DNA of 64,000 bases from Rhodocyclaceae bacterium (GTDB lineage: Bacteria; Pseudomonadota; Gammaproteobacteria; Burkholderiales; Rhodocyclaceae), in NCBI GenBank assembly GCA_031556405.1, contig JAVBTC010000032.1:2433-66432 (forward strand), read 5' to 3'. Positions 29,770 through 37,967 of this stretch are shown piece after piece. The notes below the pieces were generated by a model that was given only the letters and a program-made list of their open reading frames with translations, had not been told where the DNA came from and ran no database searches. A program made the translations under genes and the position numbers. Numbering within the stretch: the stretch's first letter is position 1; the number at the start of each line of letters is the position of its first letter.

Positions 29770-31647
29770 ATGTCAAATCTGAATACGAACACCGAGAAAA
29801 CGGCCGAAAAACCGGAAGTGATGCTGGCCAACGCGTTGCAGAAGGCGCTGCCCAATCCCGCCGAAATGGCGCGTACCTATGCCGAGGTGGCGCAGCGCGC
29901 TTCGCGCGTTCTGGCGCAATACATCGAACGCAGGGCGGAAGAAGGTATTTCGATGCCCAGCGACGAACTGGGTATTGCCAAGGCGTTCATGGATCTTTCG
30001 GCGCGGCTCTGGGCCAATCCCTATCGTCTTGCGCAGGTGCAGATGAGCATGATGCGCGATTATTTCTCACTCTGGCAGAGAAGTTCGATGCGCATGATGG
30101 GCATGCCGCTGCCGCCGGTAGCGGAGCCGGAGAAGTCGGACAAGCGCTTCCGCGACGAATGCTGGGAAGAAAATTTCCTCTTCGACTACATCAAGCAGTC
30201 CTATCTCATCACCGCGCGCCACATCCACGACACCGTGTGCTGCGTCGAAGGGCTCGACGAGCAGACGCAGCAGAAAATCAACTTTTTTACCCGGCAATAT
30301 ATCGACGCGCTTTCGCCGAGCAATTTCGCGCTGACCAATCCGGAAGTCTTCCGCGAAACGGTCAACTCGAACGGTCAGAATCTGGTCAAGGGGCTGAACA
30401 ACCTGCTCGGCGACATTCTTTCCGGCAATGGCCAGTTGCGCATCCGCATGACCGATACCGAAGCCTTCGAACTGGGAAAAAACATTGCCACGACGCCGGG
30501 CAAGGTCATTTATCAGAACGATCTGATTCAGTTGATCCAGTACGAACCGACGACGAAAACGCAGAAGAAGCGCCCGCTCCTGATTCTGCCGCCGTGGATC
30601 AACAAGTACTACATTCTCGATCTGCGCGAGAAAAACTCCTTCGTCAAGTGGGCGACCGACCAGGGATATACCACTTTCATCATCAGTTGGGTCAACCCCG
30701 ATGAACGCCTGGCCAACAAGCGTTTCGAGGATTATCTGCGGGAAGGTTCGCTGGCGGCGATGGATGCGGTGGAAAAGGCCACCGGCGAGAAGGAAATCAA
30801 TCTCGCCGGCTACTGCCTGGGCGGGACGCTGCTGATGTGTACGCTGGCCTATCTCGCGGCGAAAAAGGACAAACGCGCGGTTTCGGCCACTTTCCTCACT
30901 TCGCTGGTCGATTTTTCCGAACCGGGCGAACTGGGCGTCTTTCTCGACGAGCCGAGCATTTCCGGACTGGAGAAAAAGATGGCCGAGCGCGGTTATCTCG
31001 AAGGCGCGGAAATGGCGGTCACGTTCAACATGCTGCGCGCGAACGACCTCATCTGGTCGTTCGTGGTCAACAACTATCTGATGGGCAAGAGCCCGTTCCC
31101 GTTCGATCTCCTGTTCTGGAATTCGGATTCCACGCGGATGCCGGAGAAGATGCACAGTTTTTACCTGCGCAACATGTACCAGCGCAATCTGCTGCGCGAA
31201 CCGGGCGGCATCACGCTGCTCGATACACCGATCGATATTTCCAAGGTCAAGGTGCCGTGCTATTTCGTCTCTACCCTTGAAGACCACATCGCACCCTGGA
31301 AAACGACCTATCTCGGCGCCCTGCTGCCGCACGGTCCGGTCCGTTTCATTCTCGGCGGTTCCGGCCACATCGCCGGTATCGTCAACCCGCCGGTGGCGAA
31401 CAAATACGCTTATTGGACCAACGACAGCGACAAACTGCCCGCCACTGCGGATGAATTTCTCGACGGCGCGACGCAGCATCCGGGGTCGTGGTGGACCGAC
31501 TGGGACAAGTGGCTACAGGCGCTGCCGGGCAATACCGAGCAGGTGCCGGCGCGTAAACCCGGCAGCGGCACGCTGAAGGCGATTGAAGACGCACCGGGTT
31601 CGTTCGTCAAATTCCGTCTTGACCAGTCGCAGTCGCAGGCAGCCTGA
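29770..31647 (+). CDS. phaC: Class I poly(R)-hydroxyalkanoate synthase
   Basis: 625 aa. Lipase-box GYCLGGT with the catalytic Cys, a PhaC N-terminal domain, and conserved ..WNSDSTRMP.. and ..GHIAGIVNPP.. Confidence 0.92.
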   Translation: MSNLNTNTEKTAEKPEVMLANALQKALPNPAEMARTYAEVAQRASRVLAQYIERRAEEGISMPSDELGIAKAFMDLSARLWANPYRLAQVQMSMMRDYFSLWQRSSMRMMGMPLPPVAEPEKSDKRFRDECWEENFLFDYIKQSYLITARHIHDTVCCVEGLDEQTQQKINFFTRQYIDALSPSNFALTNPEVFRETVNSNGQNLVKGLNNLLGDILSGNGQLRIRMTDTEAFELGKNIATTPGKVIYQNDLIQLIQYEPTTKTQKKRPLLILPPWINKYYILDLREKNSFVKWATDQGYTTFIISWVNPDERLANKRFEDYLREGSLAAMDAVEKATGEKEINLAGYCLGGTLLMCTLAYLAAKKDKRAVSATFLTSLVDFSEPGELGVFLDEPSISGLEKKMAERGYLEGAEMAVTFNMLRANDLIWSFVVNNYLMGKSPFPFDLLFWNSDSTRMPEKMHSFYLRNMYQRNLLREPGGITLLDTPIDISKVKVPCYFVSTLEDHIAPWKTTYLGALLPHGPVRFILGGSGHIAGIVNPPVANKYAYWTNDSDKLPATADEFLDGATQHPGSWWTDWDKWLQALPGNTEQVPARKPGSGTLKAIEDAPGSFVKFRLDQSQSQAA

Positions 31648-31663
31648 GCCGGTAAGAATCGAA

Positions 31664-31690
31664 GGGCGTCGGTGATACGGCGCCTTTTTT
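31664..31690 (+). terminator. Rho-independent terminator of phaC
   Basis: 7-bp stem (31665-31671 / 31678-31684) with a 6-nt loop, followed by T6. Confidence 0.7.
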
Positions 31691-31695
31691 CCAAC

Positions 31696-31765
31696 ATAAA
31701 AATAATTTCTTATTAAATCTCTCTACTGTAGAGAGAGTAAATTTAATTATTATTTATAATAAAAG
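31696..31765. repeat. AT-rich intergenic element, copy C (degenerate member; contains a 17-nt palindrome)
   Basis: Right half GTAAATTTAATTATTATTTATAATAAAAG matches copies B and D. The central palindrome CTCTCTAC-T-GTAGAGAG is at 31719-31735. Confidence 0.45.
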
Positions 31766-31775
31766 TCCGCTTTCC

Positions 31776-33065
31776 ATGTCTGACGATGCTCGCGCCGATC
31801 TTTCCGGCTTTTGTCTTCCCGATTACGGCGGCGGCAGTCTGGTCAATCTGATGCGGACTCTGGGCGACGCCTGCGGCGCGCCGGCATTGCCGTACGCACC
31901 CTCGCATCCACTGCGCTTTTCCCTTCCTCCGCAGGCGCTGGCTGCGCGCAACCTGATGCTTCTTGTCGTCGACGGGCTTGGTTACGAAATGCTTGCCGCG
32001 CGGGCGAGCGGCGCGTTGCGGCAGGGACTGCGCGGCGCCCTGAGCTCGGTTTTTCTTTCCACCACCGCCTGTGCCGTTCCTACCCTTATGACCGGCTTGG
32101 CACCGGCGCGGCACGGGCTGACCGGTTGGTTCATGTATCTTGAAGAGCTCGACGACATCCTGGCGATTCTGCCGCTGGCACCGCGCGGCAGCCGGCAGCC
32201 GGCAGGCGGAAAAGAGGAAACGAAGGAAGCGAAAGAAAAGACAACGTCGAACGCAACGGAAGGAATACCGGAAATCACTCCGGAAATGGCGGAACAGTTG
32301 CCGCAACGCCTGTTCGATCACGCCACATTTTTCAGCACGCTGGCGCGGCCATCGTTCGCGGTGTCGCCCTCCTGGCTCGGCGGCAGTCCTTTCAACCGTT
32401 ATCACACGGCCGGCGCCGAACGCGTCGGCTATGACCGGCTCGACGGGCTGTTTGTCGCTGTGACGGACATTCTGACGGCGGGGGGAAAAGATTCCGGCGA
32501 AAAATACGTCTATGCCTACTGGCCGGAATTGGATGCCGTTGCGCATCATACCGGCTGCGCGAGCGAAGAGACGGCAGCGTTGCTGGAAACGTTTTGCACC
32601 GCCTTCAACCGTTTCCTCGCCGGACTTGCCGGCAGCGACACCACGGTGATCGTTACCGCCGATCACGGATTCATCGATTCACCGCCGGAAAAAAATATTT
32701 TTCTTTCCGAGCATTCGCAACTTGAGGCGCTGCTTGCACGTCCGTTGTGCGGCGAGCGCCGGGCGGCGTGGTGCTACCTGCAACCCGGCGCCGGGGCGGA
32801 ATTCGAGCGCTATGTGGCGCGCCATCTGGGCGACCGCGCCGTCGCCATTCCACGCGCGCGCCTGATCGAAGAAGCGTGGCTCGGTCCCGGGCCGATGCAT
32901 CCCAGACTGGCCTCGCGCATCGGCGACTACGTGCTTCTGATGCGGGAAAACTGGACGATCCGGGATCTCGTCGAGGGCGAAGAGCCGTATGAGATGCTCG
33001 GCGTCCATGGCGGTCTTTCCGCGGCGGAAATGCGCGTGCCGCTGGTGCTGTCGCATATCCGATAA
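31776..33065 (+). CDS. Alkaline-phosphatase superfamily protein (type I phosphodiesterase/nucleotide pyrophosphatase-like)
   Basis: ..LLVVDGLGYEML.., ..VTADHGFID.., ..HGGLSAAEMRVPL.. resemble the metal-ligand motifs of this superfamily. Confidence 0.6.
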   Translation: MSDDARADLSGFCLPDYGGGSLVNLMRTLGDACGAPALPYAPSHPLRFSLPPQALAARNLMLLVVDGLGYEMLAARASGALRQGLRGALSSVFLSTTACAVPTLMTGLAPARHGLTGWFMYLEELDDILAILPLAPRGSRQPAGGKEETKEAKEKTTSNATEGIPEITPEMAEQLPQRLFDHATFFSTLARPSFAVSPSWLGGSPFNRYHTAGAERVGYDRLDGLFVAVTDILTAGGKDSGEKYVYAYWPELDAVAHHTGCASEETAALLETFCTAFNRFLAGLAGSDTTVIVTADHGFIDSPPEKNIFLSEHSQLEALLARPLCGERRAAWCYLQPGAGAEFERYVARHLGDRAVAIPRARLIEEAWLGPGPMHPRLASRIGDYVLLMRENWTIRDLVEGEEPYEMLGVHGGLSAAEMRVPLVLSHIR

Positions 33066-33223
33066 TCCCGGATCGCCCTGTATCGCGACTTTCAAAAATC
33101 CCGAACGCGAAGACGGACCGCAGACAATACGAACGGTACGGCAAGGCGAAGCCAGCAAAGTATGGGGATTTCCGGGAATCGCTATAATCGGGGCATCGAC
33201 AACATTTCTCCTTACCTGTTTCC

Positions 33224-34309
33224 GTGACTTCCCCATCTTCCGCGACACCCCAGGCTTCGGCCGCGACCCTGACGCTGACCCGTCCCGACGATTGGCATGT
33301 ACATCTGCGCGACGGTTTCGCGTTGCAGGTGGTATTGCCGCATACCGCAAGGCAGTTCGCGCGGGCGATCGTGATGCCGAACCTGCAGCCGCCGGTGACT
33401 ACTGTCGCGTTGGCCGGAGCGTACCGTCAGCGCATTCTTTCGGCATTGCCGCAGGGAATGTCCTTCACGCCGCTGATGACGCTTTATCTCACCGACAATA
33501 CGCCGCCGGACGAAATCCGCCGCGCCGTCGATTCCGGATTCGTTCACGCGGTCAAACTCTATCCCGCCGGTGCCACGACGCACTCCGATGCAGGCGTCAC
33601 CGACCTGGCCAAATGTGCCGCCGCGTTGGCGGAAATGGAGAAAGTCGGGTTGCCGTTACTCGTCCACGGTGAAGTCACCGATCCGGCGGTCGACATCTTC
33701 GACCGCGAAGCGGTATTCATCGAACGCGTACTCACGCCGATGCTGAGCCGCTATCCGGGACTGCGCGTGGTCATGGAACACATCACCACGGCCGATGCCG
33801 CCGCCTCTGTCGCTTCCGCGCCGGAAAACGTCGCGGCGACGATCACCGCGCATCATCTGTTGTACAACCGCAACGCCATCTTCCAGGGCGGCGTGCGCCC
33901 GCACTGGTACTGCCTGCCGGTGCTGAAACGCGAAACGCACCGCCAGGCGCTGATCCGGGCGGCCACCTGCGGCAGTCCGAAGTTTTTTCTCGGCACCGAT
34001 TCCGCGCCGCACGCGCGCAGTGCCAAGGAGGCGGCCTGCGGCTGCGCTGGCTGTTATACCGGTGGCCAGGCACTCGAGCTTTACGCCGAAGCGTTCGAGC
34101 AGGCAGGCGCACTCGAAAATCTGGAGGCCTTTGCCGCGTTTCACGGCGCCGATTTTTATCGCCTGCCGCGCAACCGCGAACGCGTCGTATTGCGGCGGCA
34201 GGCACAGCGTGTGCCCGAATTCTATGCCTATGGCGAAAACGATGCCCTGGTGCCGCTGCGCGCGGGGGAAAATCTGACCTGGAGTTTCGTCGCCAACGAT
34301 CTGTCGTAA
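33224..34309 (+). CDS. pyrC: Dihydroorotase (homodimeric class II)
   Basis: Collinear with E. coli PyrC as I recall it: [50 protein letters not shown]. Confidence 0.93.
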   Translation: MTSPSSATPQASAATLTLTRPDDWHVHLRDGFALQVVLPHTARQFARAIVMPNLQPPVTTVALAGAYRQRILSALPQGMSFTPLMTLYLTDNTPPDEIRRAVDSGFVHAVKLYPAGATTHSDAGVTDLAKCAAALAEMEKVGLPLLVHGEVTDPAVDIFDREAVFIERVLTPMLSRYPGLRVVMEHITTADAAASVASAPENVAATITAHHLLYNRNAIFQGGVRPHWYCLPVLKRETHRQALIRAATCGSPKFFLGTDSAPHARSAKEAACGCAGCYTGGQALELYAEAFEQAGALENLEAFAAFHGADFYRLPRNRERVVLRRQAQRVPEFYAYGENDALVPLRAGENLTWSFVANDLS

Positions 34310-34320
34310 GGAGCCGATTC

Positions 34321-34857
34321 ATGCGCCGTCCATCCGCACCTTTTTCTCTGTTTTTTTTGCCGCCACTGCTCGTCCTGACCACCGTCCTGCTTTCCGGCTG
34401 TGTGAACGACGCTGCCTCGTACCAGATCAACGGGCGTGAGCACGCCCTGGTGCTGACCCGGGATCAGAACTGGTTCTGGCAGAAAAAGGTAGAACTCGCC
34501 GTCGTCGTTTCGAGGCTGCCGGATTGCCAGCGCAAGCACAAAATGCATCCGGCGGCGATCAAGAGTTTCAAAGTCGAACTCTGGCAGCCGGGCGGCGGTA
34601 CCTACGTGCTGCGTCAAGGCAACAACCTCTATCTCACCGAGACGCAAACCTGCGAGGGATTCCAGGAGCTCGACAAAGAACCTCCAGGTGGTCTCGGGCG
34701 TCTTCTGGGAACGTTCCGGCAGGTTTCCGGCAAGCTGACTTTCGTTCCCGAACCGGTGCCTGCGGCTGGGGCTGCTGAGCCGTCTTCCGCTGCCGCTTCC
34801 GCCAAAACACCGGCGGAAACGGGCATCAAAGCGGACGGCAAAGCGGGCAGCCGTTAG
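34321..34857 (+). CDS. Hypothetical lipoprotein
   Basis: Signal peptide with lipobox LLSGC; Ala/Pro-rich C-terminus. No family recognised. Confidence 0.5.
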   Translation: MRRPSAPFSLFFLPPLLVLTTVLLSGCVNDAASYQINGREHALVLTRDQNWFWQKKVELAVVVSRLPDCQRKHKMHPAAIKSFKVELWQPGGGTYVLRQGNNLYLTETQTCEGFQELDKEPPGGLGRLLGTFRQVSGKLTFVPEPVPAAGAAEPSSAAASAKTPAETGIKADGKAGSR

Positions 34858-34889
34858 GCGAAAACCGTCAAGCCGGTATAATCGTCGCC

Positions 34890-35260
34890 GAAGCTGGCCA
34901 GGCAACCGCCGGGTGCGCCGTTTTGCGGCGCGCCGGGAGGAAAGTCCGGGCTCCGCAGAGCGGGATGCCGGTTAATGGCCGGACGCCGCGAGGCGATGGA
35001 AAGTGGCACAGAGAACAGACCGCCGATGGCCCCCGTGATTTTCACGGCGGGATCAGGCAAGGGTGAAACGGCGAGGTAAAAGCTCACCGCGGACGTGGTA
35101 ACACGGACGGCACGCTAAACCCCATCCGGAGCAAGGCCAAATAGGGAAGCATCGGCGTGACTCGCGCCGCTTCCGGGTAGGCTGCTTGAGCGGCGCGGCA
35201 ACGCGTCGCCTAGAGGAATGGTTGCCCACGACAGAACCCGGCTTATCGGCCAGCTTCACT
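34890..35260 (+). ncRNA. rnpB: RNase P RNA, bacterial type A
   Basis: 5' GAAGCUGGCCAGGCAACCGC pairs with 3' ..GGCUUAUCGGCCAGCUUC (P1). The universally conserved GGGAGGAAAGUCCGGGCUCC, ..ACAGAAC.. and AGGGUGAAA.GGUG.GGUAA blocks are present. Confidence 0.9.
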
Positions 35261-35271
35261 TCTTTTTCTGA

Positions 35272-35299
35272 AAAACCCCGGGATCTCTCCTGGGGTTTT
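35272..35299 (+). terminator. Rho-independent terminator after rnpB
   Basis: AAAACCCCGGG-ATCTCT-CCTGGGGTTTT hairpin with a U-tail. Confidence 0.75.
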
Positions 35300-35405
35300 C
35301 CCTGAATTTTCCCCTTCCATTCTTGCTGCCTGTACGTGGCTTCGTCGCGGCGCGCGCTGTTGCCCCGGACGCTTCGGACGAACCTACGATCCGCGAAAAA
35401 CAAGC

Positions 35406-35437
35406 AAAAAAAAGCGCGACCCTGAAAGAGTCGCGCT
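35406..35437 (-). terminator. Orphan rho-independent terminator (minus strand)
   Basis: 8-bp stem AGCGCGAC/GTCGCGCT with a 9-nt loop, followed by U8 on the minus strand (A8 at 35406-35413). The nearest upstream minus-strand gene (coq7) ends 410 nt away. Confidence 0.75.
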
Positions 35438-35575
35438 GAATCCACACCAAAGGAGGAGGGTGGAGGAGACAACCGTAAGAATTTCCAAAGCCGCAAAAAT
35501 TATCGGAACCGACAGCGCCGCTTTGAAACCTAAAAAACTATCGCGGCACAGCCTTGGAAATCTGAACAGTCCTCA
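35406..35575 (-). ncRNA. Candidate small RNA (5' end undefined)
   Basis: On the minus strand: an 11-bp long-range helix (35551-35561 with 35481-35491), then the single-stranded CU-rich tract CUCCUCCACCCUCCUCCUUUGG (complement of 35447-35470), then the terminator above. No promoter was confidently located. Confidence 0.35.
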
Positions 35576-35582
35576 TTATGGA

Positions 35583-35665
35583 CATATCTAATTCGGAAAG
35601 CAAGATTTTTTTGTGCGCCGCACCAGATATTTATTTAATAGGTTCATAAATAAATTTTATCCAAG
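35583..35665. repeat. AT-rich intergenic element, copy G (degenerate member)
   Basis: The 15-mer GATATTTATTTAATA (35626-35640) is identical to 58529-58543 in copy F. CATAAATAAATTTTAT resembles CATAAATTTAAT in copy E. Confidence 0.4.
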
Positions 35666-35846
35666 GATTCGTGGATGATCTGGCAAGTGGGTTATTTTCA
35701 GGCAAATAGATTGTTGTGGGAATAAGTATTCCTTGAAAAGTTCAGAAAAAAGTGAAACAGGTCACAAAAGACATGTTGCAATGCAGCATGTTCGTTACAA
35801 GAAAAAACCATTCTGAATCAAGGGGAAAGACTGAAAATAATCCCGA

Positions 35847-36497
35847 CTAAAGATAGTAGGTGGTTCGCACCATGAAACGGGCGGCCAATTTCATTGTTTT
35901 TTTCACGAAAACAGGAAGAGGCCGGGCGCCGAGCTGAACCGCAGTTTGCGCATGTTGTATTTCGTCCTCTTTCATTTGTTTGAGGACTGCCCGCGATTTC
36001 CTGTCTTCCTGTGGCAGGTGTTCGAGGTGACCGGCAAGGTGCGTTTCCACCTGACGCTCGGTCTCGGCGAGAAAACCCAGGTTCCATGAATCTCCGAGTC
36101 GGCCTGCAAACGCGCCCATCGCCAGTGCTCCGGCGTACCAGAGCGGATTCAGCAGGCTTTTGCGTCCGCCCAGTTCCGCAATGCGTTCCTCGGTCCAGGC
36201 CAGATGCTCGGTTTCTTCATCCGCTGCTTGCCGCAGCGTGTCCTGCACCGTGGCTTGCCGCGATGTCAGGGATTGTCCTTGATAAAGCGCCTGGGCGCAG
36301 ATTTCGCCTGTGTGGTTGATGCGCATCAGCGCGGCGGCGTGACGGCGCTCCGTCTCCGACATTTCCGCCTCGGGACAATCTCTGCCCGGTGTCGGACGTG
36401 CCGGGCGCTGCGGAAAATGACGCAAACCGGCTGCTGCCGGCAAGGCGACGGTGCGCAGAGCGCGGTCGAATTCGATGATCCAGCGGTCGATATTCAT
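35847..36497 (-). CDS. coq7: 2-polyprenyl-3-methyl-6-methoxy-1,4-benzoquinone monooxygenase (demethoxyubiquinone hydroxylase, Coq7 type)
   Basis: Di-iron carboxylate motifs ..[14 protein letters not shown].. and ..EETEHLAW.. are repeated in the second half (..EDEIQHA..). Confidence 0.85.
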   Translation of the reverse strand: MNIDRWIIEFDRALRTVALPAAAGLRHFPQRPARPTPGRDCPEAEMSETERRHAAALMRINHTGEICAQALYQGQSLTSRQATVQDTLRQAADEETEHLAWTEERIAELGGRKSLLNPLWYAGALAMGAFAGRLGDSWNLGFLAETERQVETHLAGHLEHLPQEDRKSRAVLKQMKEDEIQHAQTAVQLGARPLPVFVKKTMKLAARFMVRTTYYL

Positions 36498-36563
36498 GGC
36501 GCAGAAAAGGACGCGGAAAAGGCAAAAACAAGGGGCAAAAACAAGGTGAAGAGTGTGAAAAAG

Positions 36564-37121
36564 TTATGGTGTGACTCGCGTGATCGATCCGGGGTTGCCA
36601 CCCTCGCGTAACACGGCGCGCGCTTTTTCGGCACTGTCGACGCTGTTTCCCGGTGTACAGAAATACTCGGAATTCAATGCGGCGTGGTAACGATTCATTT
36701 CTTTTGCCTGGATTTTGTGCCAGGCACTGTTGCGTGCCTTGGACCAGGTGCCGTCGGAACGGCCGAAGGCATAGATCCGCCGTTCCCCCGTGGCGCAACG
36801 GATTCCTTCGTAACTGACGTTGCGCGCTCCCGCCGGGCTGATGATGACGAGGGTGTAGCGGACGACATCGTCTTCCGCCACGCTCAAGGATTCCTCGTCG
36901 ATCAGGAAGCGGTTGTTCGTGGTCGGACTGACGTAAAAAGGCAGTAGATGCTGATCCTGCGGCGGTGCCGGATAAGCGACTTCACCCTCCTGCCACGGCG
37001 CTTCTTCATCGTCGTCAACGGCGAGCGCAGCTCCGGAAAATAATGTGAATATGCAGGAAAGAATGCCGGCGGCGAAAAGCCGCCGGGATTTTTGGGCGAA
37101 GAATGTGTTCATGATCGGCAA
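36564..37121 (-). CDS. CNP1-like family exported protein
   Basis: Signal peptide, then ..LLPFYVSPTTNNRFLIDEESLSV..DDVVRYTLVI.SPAGARNVSYEGIRC..., which I recall as the CNP1-like uncharacterised family. Confidence 0.55.
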   Translation of the reverse strand: MPIMNTFFAQKSRRLFAAGILSCIFTLFSGAALAVDDDEEAPWQEGEVAYPAPPQDQHLLPFYVSPTTNNRFLIDEESLSVAEDDVVRYTLVIISPAGARNVSYEGIRCATGERRIYAFGRSDGTWSKARNSAWHKIQAKEMNRYHAALNSEYFCTPGNSVDSAEKARAVLREGGNPGSITRVTP

Positions 37122-37124
37122 ACG

Positions 37125-37646
37125 CTATTTTTGCGGATTGCGCGGCGCTCCCATTCCCGAGGAAGGGCGCCGGTCCGTGTCAACGTAACGCACCAACTCG
37201 GACAGCGCGCGTTGGTAAACGTCGCGCTTGAATTCGATGACGGAGTCGAGCGGAACCCAGTATTCGTTCCACCGCCAGGCGTCGAATTCGGGATGTTCAC
37301 TGGCGCGCAGCGAAACGTCGGAGTCGCGTCCAACCAGACGCAACAGAAACCAGATCTGCTTCTGGCCTTTATAACTGCCGCGCCATTCGCGTTTGATCCA
37401 GTGTGTCGGCACATTGTAACGCAGCCATCCGCGGGTCCGGCCGAGGATGCGCACGTGTTCGGGACGCAAGCCGATTTCTTCGTAAAGTTCCCGGTACATG
37501 GCGGCTTCCGGAGTCTCTCCGCGCTTGATCCCACCCTGGGGAAATTGCCAGGAATGTTCTTTGATGCGTTTGCCCCAGAAGACCTCGTTTTTCGCGTTAC
37601 ACAAAATGATGCCGACGTTCGGGCGGTAGCCTTCACGGTCGAGCAT
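37125..37646 (-). CDS. rppH: RNA pyrophosphohydrolase (NUDIX)
   Basis: [17 protein letters not shown]...[28 protein letters not shown].. is the classic RppH N-terminus and Nudix box. The start is at ATG 37644-37646. Confidence 0.9.
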   Translation of the reverse strand: MLDREGYRPNVGIILCNAKNEVFWGKRIKEHSWQFPQGGIKRGETPEAAMYRELYEEIGLRPEHVRILGRTRGWLRYNVPTHWIKREWRGSYKGQKQIWFLLRLVGRDSDVSLRASEHPEFDAWRWNEYWVPLDSVIEFKRDVYQRALSELVRYVDTDRRPSSGMGAPRNPQK

Positions 37647-37967
37647 GAAAAAAACCTGAAAAATGATGAGTTGAAGACATTCTTTCATATTTTGACGGGT
37701 GTGAAAAGCGTGCTCCAGGCGTGCCATGATCGCTTTCGAAGCCATATTTCATACCGCGTCCCATGTGCCGCCGTGGCAAAAAACATAATGGCTATGAGCT
37801 AAAAATTCTTTTTGCGTATCACGTCGGCGTAGCGGGGGTATGATCTTCGGATTGAGCCGTCACTTTCCGGGGGAAAGACAGTATGCGACGAGAATTCGGC
37901 GCAACCGATTTTTCCTTTTTCCGGTCTACCCGTTCTCTTTTCGTTTTCTTTTTCTCTTTCCGCCGCC

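Noticed and set aside
34854-35496. ORFs 34854-35087 (-) and 35053-35496 (-)
   Set aside because: They overlap the RNase P RNA gene and its terminator, so the sequence is accounted for by rnpB.
35460-35591. 43-codon plus-strand ORF (GTG start) preceded by a very strong AAAGGAGGAGG Shine-Dalgarno-like tract
   Set aside because: GC content and codon usage are atypical for this genome, and it has no recognisable family. The GGAGG-rich tract is better read as the complement of a CU-rich sRNA seed that sits just upstream of a minus-strand terminator. I keep it only as an alternative to the sRNA hypothesis.
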